Shown: piece after piece, positions 1 through 12,699 of the stretch
How the letters are laid out: each line of letters starts with the position of its first letter
How positions within the stretch are numbered: the stretch's first letter is position 1
Program-made: the position numbers and the translations under genes
The notes under the pieces: model-generated
What the model was told of the DNA's origin: nothing
What the model saw: only the letters and a program-made list of their open reading frames with translations
Database searches by the model: none
Origin: Octopus sinensis
Taxonomy: Eukaryota
Reading direction: 5' to 3'
Length of the DNA: 64,000 nt
Assembly (NCBI RefSeq): GCF_006345805.1
Contig: NC_043002.1
Span: 55,304,001 to 55,368,000 of the forward strand

Positions 1-64
1 ATCAGGTGTCTTGGGGAAATTTCGAACCTGGGTTCTCATTCCAAAGGTATTTTTCGATGTTATT

Positions 65-163
<99 letters not shown>

Positions 164-240
164 GTTATTGTTCAGGTCACTGCTTGGAATCGAACTCGGA
201 ATCTTGGGGCTAGTAAACCATGCTCTTAACCACTACCCCA
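1..240 (-). mobile_element. tRNA-headed SINE-like element with internal (AAT)n, truncated by the window edge
   Basis: Reverse complement matches the copy at 62170-62352 (GAGTTCGATTCC B box; ends in ACACCTGAT, the start of the hammerhead core). Confidence 0.75.
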
Positions 241-318
241 TGTGCACATATTCTTGGTCTTGCTTATACGCAAAACTCTCACAACACACTCACACACACA
301 CACACATACACACACACA

Positions 319-364
<46 letters not shown>

Positions 365-468
365 TCTTTGTTTTATCCTGTACTGTCCATAATGTTTTTC
401 TTAATGTAGACCCTTGTGGTTAAAATTTCTATTATTATTATTTTATTTATTATTATTATTATTATTAT

Positions 469-499
<31 letters not shown>

Positions 500-582
500 T
501 TATATTATATTATTTTTATTATTATTATTATTATTATATTATTATTGTTATTATTTATTATTATTATTATTATTATTAATAA

Positions 583-617
<35 letters not shown>

Positions 618-654
618 TTATTATTATTATTATTATATTATTATTATTGTTATT

Positions 655-1000
655 CACGTCATAGAAAGTACGATTATAAGCTTTTGGAGACAACTTCCAA
701 TCTGTAAGTGTACGATTCTGGTTGAACTGCTTCACTTCATTTTGGTAAAACCAGAATCTCCCAGCTCACCAAAATTCCAACTGATAATTAAGAGAGACTG
801 CTTTGAAAAATACGGTAAATCCTCGTTTCTGTTGCTATAGGAGAGTTAAAACTGCTGCCATATCAAGTTCATGGTCAGATTTAAACATTCATCAATTTTC
901 ATTTAAACTTAATTCCTTTAGTACCCAGCACAAGATTACAAGTTAGCGATGGATTCTCTCAGAACTCATTCGGCATGATGGAAAAACAGGTAAATCGCTT
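655..1000 (-). mobile_element. Possible R4/Dong-type LINE fragment (region upstream of RT)
   Basis: Minus frame RFWFYQNEVKQFNQNR resembles the pre-RT motif of this clade; adjoins (TTA)n. Weak. Confidence 0.3.
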
Positions 1001-1506
1001 TCAACTCGCACCTAAAGTCTAAAAAAAAGGGACACATTGGTTATGGCTAGACCGTCTGATTGACTGGGGTCGACTTCGGGTTAAACAATGAGAGCTCCCG
1101 AGAAAGTCTCCGACATCACAGCTGTTTATGTAAATATGACATTTTGTGTCTGATTGTCGTTGAGTGTTTGTTTACCAAAGCAGTCCACCACTCACTCCCC
1201 CACCCCTCACACATGGAACAACAAATACACGCACCTCCTCCTCCCTTCCCTCTCCTCCTTCCCATCAAGAAGAAATTTCAAGAATTTATGTTTATCATGT
1301 TTGATGTCGCTTATATTGCTAGCTTTCTTCTCTCGCACTTTGCTCTGTCTGTCTCTTCCATTTGCTCTGCTATTGGCACAAATAAACATACAAATGAATC
1401 GAGGAATTGATAGACGGAACACACACATTTATACATTCTTTTATTCTTTTATTTGTTTCAACCATTTGACTGCGGTCATGCTGGAGCACCGCCTTTAGTC
1501 GAGCAA

Positions 1507-1592
1507 TGATTATTGGTGTAATTGTAAATTTATAATCAGGGTTGAGGAGCTGCAAGTTTCGAAGCAGTTCTCCACCGAGATTCTCCGTTTTG
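1507..1592 (-). mobile_element. Short fragment of the same RLE-LINE family as 6400-7590
   Basis: Encodes LRNLQLLNPDYKF, shared with ORF 6546..7040. Confidence 0.65.
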
Positions 1593-1713
1593 CCAGTTTG
1601 GGATCTTCACGTGTTCACATCCGCAGGGTAGCTGGCCTTTTCGTCTCTATATGTATCAATACATTTGATGGGTTTGCTCTACACCTTTGTAGAGTTCAGA
1701 CTTATTGTTTTAT

Positions 1714-1761
1714 TTACAGTGACGAAGGCTTAACTGGCCGAAACTTCGAAGTCACTGTGAA
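1714..1761 (+). ncRNA. Degenerate minimal hammerhead-like motif (Penelope-type remnant)
   Basis: ACAGT GACGA AGGC-TTAACTG-GCC GAAAC TTCGAA GTC ACTGT: palindromic stem III and a GUC site, but the CU of CUGANGA is missing. Confidence 0.45.
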
Positions 1762-1879
1762 TAATATTCTTAAGAATAATAAACATGTGGCACCTTGGGC
1801 AGGTGTCTTCTACTATAGCCTCGGGACTACCAAAGCCTTGTGAGTGGATTTGATAGACGGAAACTTAAAGAAGCCCGTC

Positions 1880-1940
<61 letters not shown>

Positions 1941-2105
1941 GTGAATGGAAGAAATGGAGCTGAACGAAGATTCTACAGAATTCCTTTTATTACATTCTAG
2001 GTATCGGTTAAACTTTTGAATAATCCGTAACAAGATAATTCATCTTTCCATTTCAACAAACATATATATATATATATATATACATATACACACACACATA
2101 TATAT

Positions 2106-2156
<51 letters not shown>

Positions 2157-2179
2157 TATATATGTATGTATGTATATAC

Positions 2180-2246
<67 letters not shown>

Positions 2247-3019
2247 CATATATATGCATATATGTGTGTATATGTATGTATGTGTGTATATGTTTGTGTG
2301 TCTGTGATTGTCCACCATCATGGATTGACAACCATGTCGGTGTGTTTACATCCCTATAAGCTAGCGGTTTGGCGAAAGAGACCGATAGAATAAGTACTAG
2401 GCTTACAAAGAGTAAGCCTAGTACTTATTCTATCTTGGATGGATTTGAGTACCTTGGCGGAGTGCGAACTCAGAACCCAAGGGGCTGTGGTTCTAACAAC
2501 AGCGAAACTGATTGAAATTCAACAATCTTCAAATCGAGTGCCTTCAGTTTTGTGACCCCTGGTTGAGATGTAACCTAACAATTATTTAAGTGCTAGATTA
2601 AACAGATGCTAGGGGATTTGTTGTTAGCAGGGTTCATTCAATGTTCAGGAATCTTGAAGAAGTAGCGAAGAAAAGATGTTGCCAAAAAACTGTTGTCAGC
2701 CTCCGAGGGAGCTAGTCGTTACATCTAGCTTAGGAAAGGGAGGACGAGCAAGATGGCGCATGGGAGATAAGAGAAATATCTGGCCAAGAGTCACAACATC
2801 TGACTCAGCAAAGCTCATACTGTTGTGTGAGTGGACCCCACAGCTCTGGAGTTGCAGTGGCTGAGGCCGGAACACCTACAGAGCTGCTTCACCGTTTGCT
2901 GCGAGATCGACTCCTGCCTTCAGAGACGGAATTCAGCAGCGCCCTCTGCACATAAATGTTTTTCCTAAAAGATACAGAAAGAAATACAAATATGCAAATA
3001 AGAATATAATAGTTTACTC

Positions 3020-4150
3020 AGAAGTAGCCGCCCTGAGCTTCCACCACCATGGCCTCAAGACGGCACCGGAACCTGGTGCATGCGCTCCTCACTGTATCCC
3101 TGGAAAGACCGTTGAGCTTCCACCACCATGGCCTCAAAGCGGCTCCGGAACCTGGTGCATGCGTTCTTCACTGTGTCCCTGGAAACATCTTCGAACGCCT
3201 CCTCGATCTTGGTCACCATCGCAGCCTTGGTATTGCAGGTAGAGTTCCAGTTGATCTGATCAACGGAACAGCCATCTCGTGAAATTAACATGCAAGTGGC
3301 TGAGCACTCCATAGGCGCATGTACCCTTAACGCAGTTCTCGGGGAGATTCAGCATGACACAAAACGTAAGAAAGCTGGCCCTTTGAATTACAGATACAAC
3401 TCATTTTTTGCCAGATGAGTGGACTGGGGCAACGTGAAATAAAGTGATTTGCTAAAAGACAGAACGTACCGCCGGAAATCGAAATCACAATTTTATGATA
3501 ATGAGTCGAATACCGTAACAACCAGGCCATGTGCTTTCCTTACAGGCCGAGTGGTTAGTGCCTTTCTCAACATTGTGCCACACAGAATAAACCATGGGAT
3601 TACAATGAGGAGGATTAGGAAGACGGAAACTGGAGCTGATAATGTAGAAATTCTCCAGCAACCAGTTCTGACTGTTTTCGGAGGTATGACAAGGAGACGA
3701 ACCCTGCTTCCAGACATATGGCTTTCCAGCAGCAATCTTCTCCAGCCAGGGTTTGATTACAGTCTCCAACAGCTTCACATAACCGTCTGAATTGGGCCTA
3801 AGGCCCTGTTTCTGCAAATTTTGGATGGATCCAGGTGTGAAGATGCGGTCAGGACGCCTGCTGTGATCCTTCTTGCTTGTCACGGTTTCGTAGTCTCTGT
3901 TGCAGCTGTCTCTAGGTCACATCTTTCAGCCTTTACAGGTTTTACAGAGCATTGAGTAGCAGCCATGATGTCAGCATTTTGGTAATCGGCGCGAATCCTC
4001 AAGATACGGGCAACTCTTTTCCAATGTTCAAATGGCCAATATTCAGCTTGTTCTCAACCACAACTTTAATCATTATGCTCTCCAACTCTTCACAAATACA
4101 TCAAGCTGTTCGTCAAAGAGAGGAGACAAAAAGAATCTTCAACTTGAGCT
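3020..4150 (-). mobile_element. Decayed, internally deleted Tc1/mariner-superfamily transposon interrupted by a SINE
   Basis: Transposase-like pieces YVKLLETVIKPWLEKIAAGKPYVWKQGSSPCHTS, PNPPHCNPMVYSVW and DTVKNACTRFRSRFEAMV; about 84-bp tandem duplication of the C-terminal piece. Confidence 0.7.
3245..3465 (-). mobile_element. SINE, family S1 (other copies near 12230-12440, 30350-30660, 34855-35055, 38820-38930, 56795-57065)
   Basis: Shared core CTCAGCCACTTGCATGTTAATTTCACGAG..GGCTGTTCCGTTGATC.GATCAACTGGAA; tRNA-like head in fuller copies. Confidence 0.75.
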
Positions 4151-5083
4151 CTTTAGCTCGAACACTGTGTGTGTATGTATGTGTAATTGTGAGTATGTGT
4201 GTGTGTGAGTAATTGTGTGTGTGTGTGTGTGCGTGTGTAAGATCATATACCAGGGAACATTCCCACACCCAGATCTCATTCAAGCGTCTTTTAATCTGTA
4301 CCGTTAGAACAATCCTAAACTAATCAGTGTTGTACAAATATTTACTCACACGCACACACACACATACACTCACATATTTGTACAGCATTGATTATATATA
4401 TATATATATGTATATATGCGTGTGTTTGTGTATGTGTATTCATATATATACCTATATATGTACATATATACATACATACACGCGTATATGCTTACATGCA
4501 TTAATACAAGTACATACATCAACACATTCATACATACACACTCATACATTCATACATACATACATACATACATAAACGCATACATACATACACACATGTA
4601 TATATAAGAGAAAGAAAAGATGTCTGAGTTGCACTGAATGACTTGCAAGACATTAGGCCGTGTGTTTGTATTAATCCTCTTATCGTGATCTATTATTTGG
4701 ATCACTTCTATGATCTTAACAAAGTTTTCTGTTCCCTACATTGAAATCGAAACAAACGTAAATCTCTCGCCATTGTCTCGTGTATGTGTGGCCGTTTGCT
4801 AAGTAATGACTCAATGATAAATGTTTATGAAATGTCTCGGAGTAAATTACTGTAATTTACGAAACATGACTTCATTCATATTGAATTGAAATACAAGAAG
4901 CAGAACAAAAAATGATATCGAAACAATAAGAAAAAGATTATTTACAAAAAAATAATAATAATAAGATGAGGTAAGTAACGTGCAAATATGGCTGAAATAA
5001 CTCAATCCGTTGGTGAATAGATAACTGAAGGCCTAATGGAACACGCACATACGCACACACGCACACACGCACACGCGCACACG

Positions 5084-5135
<52 letters not shown>

Positions 5136-5225
5136 GTGTATAATAATATATACAAAGACACGTAGCGTATTATATGTGTGTATATATATATATAGATTGA
5201 TGGATAGGTTGGTAGATAGATAGGT

Positions 5226-5258
<33 letters not shown>

Positions 5259-5310
5259 TTCATACATACATACATACATACATACATGCATACACACATA
5301 TGTATGTATG

Positions 5311-5392
<82 letters not shown>

Positions 5393-5430
5393 TATATGTA
5401 TGTATGTATGGATAGCTAGATAGGTAGATG

Positions 5431-5500
<70 letters not shown>

Positions 5501-5639
5501 CAGACAGACTGACAGAACAGATAAACTTATCGTCTTTTAGTGCATAATCTAAAATCCAAAAGTTCAATAAAATTTTAGAGATTTCCTGGCCATATCATTA
5601 TTTGTACAAGGACACATACATGTCCTCAACGCTACAGAT

Positions 5640-6100
5640 TACTCGCAAGTACACACACATCCCTACATATGCACACATACACATACACACACATCCCTAC
5701 ATATACACACATACACATACACACACATCCCTACATATACACACATACACATACACACACATCCCTACATATACACACATACATATACACACACTATTGT
5801 ACATACAGACATATACACACGCACATACACAGTAACGTACACACATCCACACATCCACACACATACACACACATACGCACATACACACACACTCCCACGC
5901 ACACACACATAGACACACACAAACACATAGATACATACACACACTCACACATACATCCACACATACACTAACACTTTTGCGCATACACATTTCCACACAC
6001 ATCCACACATACACACACATTCACACACATAAACACACACACTCACACACACACATACACACACATACACATACACTCACACACACACGCGCACACACAG
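5640..6100. repeat. CA-rich minisatellite (ACACACATCCCTACATAT units)
   Basis: The CATCCCTACATAT unit recurs four times within (CA)/(TA) repeats. Confidence 0.8.
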
Positions 6101-6399
6101 CTCATCCACCTACAACAGTCTGGCTATGGATTCTCCTCCAGCGTATATTTACACAAGTGATTGTCTATCGGATTCACTTTCCCGTTGTACTTAAGTGTCT
6201 CGTGTTTCCTCATCTAAACATTTGTACAACCACGCACACAAGCAGGCCTGTTTAAAGAGTCTCTTGAAATGAATGCAATACCACAACTATATACACATTT
6301 CGGGGAGCATAGCCCTCTGTATATGTGTATATGTGTGTGTGCGCGCGCTTGTGCGTGCTTGTGTGTCAGTGAAGCTGTATGTATGTATATATGTATGTA

Positions 6400-7590
6400 T
6401 ATACGTACGTTCACTTCTATATTTAATTACTTAAATTCTTCTTCTGAATAAGGAACTGGTTTCTAAGAAAGATACAAAGCTCCATCTTTAATTTGTAATG
6501 TGCCAATCAGTTGGTTGGTTTCTTTTTCTGAAAATCCAAGCTCATCTAGACTGACAAACATTTACTTACGTAACCAAATGCTCCAATCATTATCGATATA
6601 AATATAAATTTGTAATCCGGATTTAGAAGCTGGAGGTTTCGAAGCAGTTGTCCATAGTTATCTTCTTTCTCTTTGATTTCCAAAGAGATATTCATATCAG
6701 CACGACAGCTGACCTCTATGATTGTACATACTTTTTCTGGTCTGTCCCAAATAACAATATCCGGCATCTTATGCTTACACTTGACATATGTTTTGATAGG
6801 AATATTCCACCAGTTTTCTTTGAGATAATATTTGTGCACGTATTCAATAACAGGAGGATTCTCTTTATTTATTACAGGACAGTCTTTTTCCCGAATGTCA
6901 TTGTCCATTGTTTTTGCAACATCATATCGCATAAGGAGGTCGTCCCTCCACGACATTTTTGGGCAGCTACTAATCACGTGTGATGTCTTCCTCAGAAATA
7001 TGACATAGTCTACATTTACGCTTGCATCTTGGAATTCCAAAGGCTTCGCTGTCTCTTTTGATATTTAGTAGCAATCTCCTGTTCTTGGATTGCAAATGCA
7101 CAGCTTTCGAATTGTAATGTGATGTTGTGGTCACGAGTTCAAGATAGGCTTTGCTTCATGTCAATGTTACTATCTTCTTTAAGTCTACGGGAAACATACC
7201 CATACATTTTTTTGTATGCTGAGCGTTTCACTTCCAGATCTTCTTTGAGGTATGCTAGTCTGGCTAATATGGGTTCGTATTGGAGGTCATCAGGAAGAGA
7301 GTACTTCTTGAGGAGCTCACTTCCAGCACGAGACAATGCGACATGCGAAGGCTGTCTGACCTGATCTCAAAGCCTCTACCTCCTTAATCTCTTCTTAGCT
7401 AGGGCCTGTCGTTATCACTAATTTTGTGGAGATTTCCAGTTAATGTTAGAATCTTACGGGTTTTCTTGTCTATGGAGTGGATTTTTTCTACAGACCAGTT
7501 AAGTATCTCAAATGTTGGGATCAGGACTGGTACTGCAAATGCATTGTGGGATATTGTCTTGTAAGAGGAGTGTGCAGACTGCCATATTGT
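6400..7590 (-). mobile_element. 5'-truncated R4/Dong-like non-LTR retrotransposon (RLE domain), flanked by (TATG)n
   Basis: SHVISSCPK, NIPIKT..KCKHKMPDIVIWD, IIEVSC, KEDNY: Zn-knuckle remnant plus PD-(D/E)xK-type endonuclease; frameshifted. Confidence 0.8.
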
Positions 7591-8220
7591 ATGTATGTGT
7601 GCATGTATGTATGTATGTATGTATGTATGTATGTATGTATGTATGTATGTATGTATGTATGCATGCATGTAAGTATGTATGTATATATGTATGTATGCAT
7701 GTAAGTATGTATGTATATATGTATGCATGTATTTGTCTGTGTGCATGTATGTATGTATTTATGTACGTATGTGCGTACGTACGTATGTATGCATATCATT
7801 ATTCAGGTTAATTTCAAGATTTCTTGCCAATAGAGAAAGAGCCGGTTTTTAACTTAGATCCAAGGCTCCTTCATTGGCATTTCAACATCAACAGGGTATG
7901 TATGTATGTATGTATGTATGTATGTATGTATAGAATAGATATTTACAAGAACACTACAGTTTTACAAATAAGATGCAGCACGGATTTTTGCCAGTGAACA
8001 GGTCGCGGTCTTAAAGCGACGAAAATATTTTGACAAATTAAACTTAAATGTTGAAGTGAATCGAACGGCTTTTGTGTGTTCTTAAATGACTTACAAACAC
8101 CTTCCACGCTGCAATTGTTTTCGTTTCAGCACACGATCTCAGATCAAATCACTTGCTATGCAAGTACATCTCCGTAATTTTTTTTTAAAGTTTAATTCTT
8201 TAATGGAAAGAGAAAGTGTC

Positions 8221-8258
8221 TTAACGCTTCAGACGTTCGTCCTTCATCAGAAGAAAGA
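8221..8258 (-). ncRNA. Degenerate minimal hammerhead motif
   Basis: Minus strand CTT CTGATGA AGGAC GAAC GTCT GAAGC GTT AAG (GAAA changed to GAAG). Confidence 0.55.
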
Positions 8259-8454
8259 AATGGAAGAGTGAAAATCAACTATTATTTTGATGAGATTAAA
8301 GACAAAATGAAATACTAAAAATGAAATAAAAAAACATCGCAACTCATACACCTCCAGTGCAGGATAGTAAATAAATGCTTTATTATAAATTAGTCAGGAA
8401 GAAAAGACAGAAAACAAATTCTTTAAAATTAAAAATATAAGAAAAACATTTTTA

Positions 8455-8890
8455 TATAGGTTGCATGGTTAAGAAACTTGTTTTGCAACCACCTTCTCAC
8501 GGGTTCTGTTCCACTGCGTGGCACGTTGGGCATCTGTGTTCTATTCTAAACCTGAGCCGGCCAATACCTTAGGAGTGAATTTGATAAATAGAAACTACGT
8601 GGAAGCCCGTAATTTACACACACACACACATATATATATATGTATGCATATATATATATATGTATGTATATATGAATGTATATATGTATATATATATATA
8701 TATACGTATGTGTGCATATGCGTGTGTATTCGTGTCTGTATTTGTCCCTCCCCACCCACCGTTTGACGACTGGTGCAGGTTTGTTTACGTCCCCTAAACT
8801 TAGCGGTTCGGCAAAAGACTCCGATAGAATAAGTACCAGGTTTTAAAAAAAGTAGTGGGGTCGATTCATTCGACTAAAAATTCTTCAAGT
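8455..8890 (+). mobile_element. Composite SINE, family S2, with internal microsatellite (other copies near 1790-2410, 28380-28540, 31915-32070, 34330-34490, 37580-37970, 55055-55430, 61858-61990)
   Basis: Shared GGCACCTTGGGCAAGTGTCTTCTACTATAGCC...GTGGATTTGGTAGACGGAAACTG and, after (TA)/(GT) tracts, TAGCGGTTCGGCAAAAGAGACCGATAGAATAAGTAC. Confidence 0.75.
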
Positions 8891-9998
8891 AAAAGATAAA
8901 AGATAGAAGATAATCCTCTAAATCCGTCTGTAAGAGCAATGGATTTAGTAAAACAATATAAAAAACAATATTTCACTCATATTTTGTGTTCAAGCTATAA
9001 AGGTGTTTTCATTAACTTAACACATATTTCCGATGACTTGGATAAACACATCTTTTGATTTAATTTAATTAAAATTATGTATCACAATTACGTAATTACA
9101 TATTTAATACGTTTATCCTAATGATATAGCTGTTGAAGACACAGTATAAATTATACGTAGAATTTATGCTTTTCTATTTTTATTTTGTTTCATAGAAGTA
9201 ACTTGGGTTTGAATAAAATAATAAAAGAATCACATCTACGTACATTTGGGATTTCCACAAAGATACCTTTCCAATTCTTTGTTTTCTCTCATCATCTTCA
9301 TTGGAAAATAATTGCTGCATCTCGATTTTCTGGATTAAACACTAGATCCATAATTTCCTGATCGGAAAAATCTTAGATTAATTAAATATGATTGACAACT
9401 GCTAATCATTGATATCTTTAACTTCGAGACTAAAACATGGATTTGTTTACGGACGATTTTTTTCCGTATTATTTGTATTATTATTTCTTTTGAGCCTTAC
9501 CTAACATTATAAACCAATAAACCATCAACATTTTTATTATCAGAAATTAAATCGTTAAACAGAATATATAAAAATTGTCGCCATATTCTCAAAAGAGTGA
9601 CAAGTTTAAAATAAAACACGTTGACCAATTATTGTAAGGGCGATAATCATTTCTAGATAAATCTTACAAGGATTAAAAGTTTCACTTTTTAATCGAAGAC
9701 CAGTCAAAAAGATGTGTAGCATATGCATATTTAATTTTTTCGAATTCAGTACAAGGATCTTAAAATATTTAGTCATAGGTAATCATGTATAGCACCATTT
9801 CATTCTTTTAGAAATCGCCAGAAACCGAAGGAAATGCAAAGAGCTAATTTTTAATAGTAAATTGACATTGAAAGTTAGGGATAGATGATGGAGACTTCTT
9901 TAGTCTTGAGCACAACTGTCCAACGAATGGAAACGTGAAACTCTGAGTAACAGTTTTCTGTGATGTTTTTGCAGCTTTAATAAAAGAAGTATATATAA

Positions 9999-10090
<92 letters not shown>

Positions 10091-10389
10091 GTAAAGAGTG
10101 AAAAAACGACAGAAGGCTTAAATGTAAAAAAATATATATATTTGCGTCAATATGTCTGAAGAATATTAGAAAATTAAAAAAAAAAATTTTTTTTTCTCTT
10201 ATAATGACATAATTTTTAAAGAAAAACCGGTTTCGCATTTAGCTTTTCAAATTTCTTGTGACGTTATGTTTATGTTGAATAGAGTTATCCTTGTGTTTAT
10301 GCTCCGGAGAGTTCTAAATAAGGGAAGGTAGTGGGTGATTTCTTCCGGTGTAAGGGAGATAATCGCTTAAAATTTTTTTTTCCTTTCCC

Positions 10390-10740
10390 TTAATGTGAAT
10401 TTCTCTGTATCAGTATGTTCGGATGGTTGAGTCTGGGCTTGTACTTTTCAATGAAGAATGTTTCCTTGTTTAGTCTAATTTGTGTTGATGATCCGAAAGC
10501 ACATTGGTAAAATGGAAAGATTAAAAATTGTGGTAGTAGTTGCTTTGCGCATTTCTCAATGTGCTGACTAAAAGGTATCATTCTATATTCTGGGAATGCA
10601 ATCTGTTGTCGATGCAGTGTGCATCTACGTCTGAGTGATAGTCCCGTGGAACCCACGTAGTCTTGGTGGCAGCCCGAGCATTTTATGACATAAATTATGT
10701 TTTCAGAGGCACAAGTAAAGTTAGATTTGATCTTGATATC
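10390..10740 (-). pseudogene. GIY-YIG endonuclease domain of a Penelope-like element (5'-truncated)
   Basis: FTCASENIIYVIKCSGCHQDYVGSTGLSLRRRCTLHRQQI...RLNKETFFIEKYKPRLN: PLE-type GIY-YIG with Cys/His Zn ligands, catalytic-type R and E, and terminal N. Confidence 0.85.
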
Positions 10741-11119
10741 ACTCAGACGTAGATGCACACTGCATCGACAACAGATTGCATTCCCAGAATATAGAATGAT
10801 ACCTTTTAGTGAGCACATTGAGAAATGCGCAAAGCAACTACTACCACAATTTTTAATCTTTCCATTTTACCAATGTGCTTTCGGATTATCAACACAAATT
10901 AGACTAAACAAGGAAACATTCTTCATTGAAAAGTACAAGCCCAGACTCAACCATCCGAACATACTGATACAGAGAAATTCACATTAAGGGAAAGGAAAAA
11001 AATTTTTAAGCGATTATCTCCCTTACACCGGAAGAAATCACCCACTACCTTCCCTTATTTAGAACTCTCCGGAGCATAAACACAAGGATAACTCTATTCA
11101 ACATAAACATAACGTCACA

Positions 11120-11156
11120 AGAAATTTGAAAAGCTAAATGCGAAACCGGTCTTTCT
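11120..11156 (+). ncRNA. Variant minimal hammerhead (U3-A8 type) in the PLE 3' region; mirror copy near 10218-10255 on the minus strand
   Basis: AGAAA T TTGAAAA GC-TAAAT-GC GAAAC CG GTC TTTCT: stem I agaaa/tttct, palindromic ACCGGT stem III, GUC site. Confidence 0.5.
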
Positions 11157-11330
11157 TTAAAAATTATGTCATTATAAGAGAAAAAAAATGTTTTTTTTAA
11201 TTTTCTAATATTCTTCAGACATATTGACGCCAATATATATATTTTTTAGCATTTAAGCCTTCTGTCGTTTTTTCACTCTTTACTATTTTTTATATATTCA
11301 CCCACGTGCTTTCACAAACCAACTTTCTTA

Positions 11331-11390
<60 letters not shown>

Positions 11391-11710
11391 TGTGTGCGTG
11401 TGTGTATGTATTCTGTATGCGTGTGTGCATACCAGGATGGTATCGTCAGCAACAGATGTGAATGTATAGAACAGCGTCCTGGTTTTTAAATATATCTAAC
11501 GTTGTGGATTGAACCTGAAAGGTTGTTTGAAGATGCATGCCAGTTTACCAGTCTAAGAAGCTATTAGTAGCTTTTTTCCCCACAATGCATTTACAGACAC
11601 TATTGGTGCCAACATTAAGTGACATTAAGAGGATGCTCATCTTGTCAAGAGTCTAAATCCGTTCCGTGTGTGTATATATATATATATATACACGCTCATA
11701 TACATAGATT

Positions 11711-11782
<72 letters not shown>

Positions 11783-12699
11783 TGTGCGTATATATATATA
11801 TATATATATATACATACACATGTATGTATGTATGTATGCATACCAGGATGGTATCGTCAGCAACAGACGTGAGGTTATAGAGGACTTGTGATTTTCTGTT
11901 TGGACATTTCCCTCTATAAAATTATGGCCATCTAATTCGGCTGAGATTAGTAACTGATATTTTTTCTGTTTCTATATATACAACGGGAAACATCTAATTT
12001 TAGGGCATTTGACTGGTCTATACAGAAAATCCGCTCCAGATTTGTAAACATTTCATTAGAAATAGTAATTTAAACCGGATTATAAAAACTGCTTTTCACA
12101 ATGTGACTCTATCTTCGACGACCCAAATTTACAACAAAACAACTGTATTTGTGAGATTTGTAGATCTAAGTATTTCCTTCGTTTCAGGGGATAAAAAAGG
12201 ATGCAGATCCTTGTGTAGTCAAATAGACTCATAGGACCCGTTTCCAGTTTCCGTGACGTATAAATCCCCCACCGGGAAAGGTCGCCGGTCTCTCGCAGGG
12301 TTACTCACCTTCGCCATCTGAGTGGACTGGGGCAACGTGAAATGAAGTGTTTTGCTCAAGAACACAACACCTCACCCGGTCCAGGAGTGGAAACCACAAT
12401 TTTACTATCCCTAACCACTAAGCCGTGCACCTCCACCGTCTCATTCGATCCTTTGATTAAAATCTAAATTCAAACCGGTACTGTCGTAAGATTCGTTAAA
12501 ATCCTTTTACCGTCTTTGTGAAGCGGTTAAAGAATTGAAGACACAAAATTCACCAAAATTCTCAGCAAAGCATTTTCGGCAACATGATATTTTGGTTTCC
12601 CATTAACTATCGATTAATAAATGTTTTTCAAAAGCCTGCGTTACCCACTTCTACTGTTGTGTGGAAAGTTATCGATGATATCATTACAGACGGAATAAA

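Larger units (their letters stand above)
10088..11286. mobile_element. Penelope-like element 3' ends arranged as an inverted repeat (about 550-bp arms)
   Basis: Arms 10088-10640 and 10737-11286 are near-identical reverse complements and encode a GIY-YIG endonuclease C-terminus. Confidence 0.9.

Noticed and set aside
9200-9450. Possible pogo/Tigger C-terminal remnant on the minus strand
   Set aside because: Only a short acidic stretch, too weak to call.
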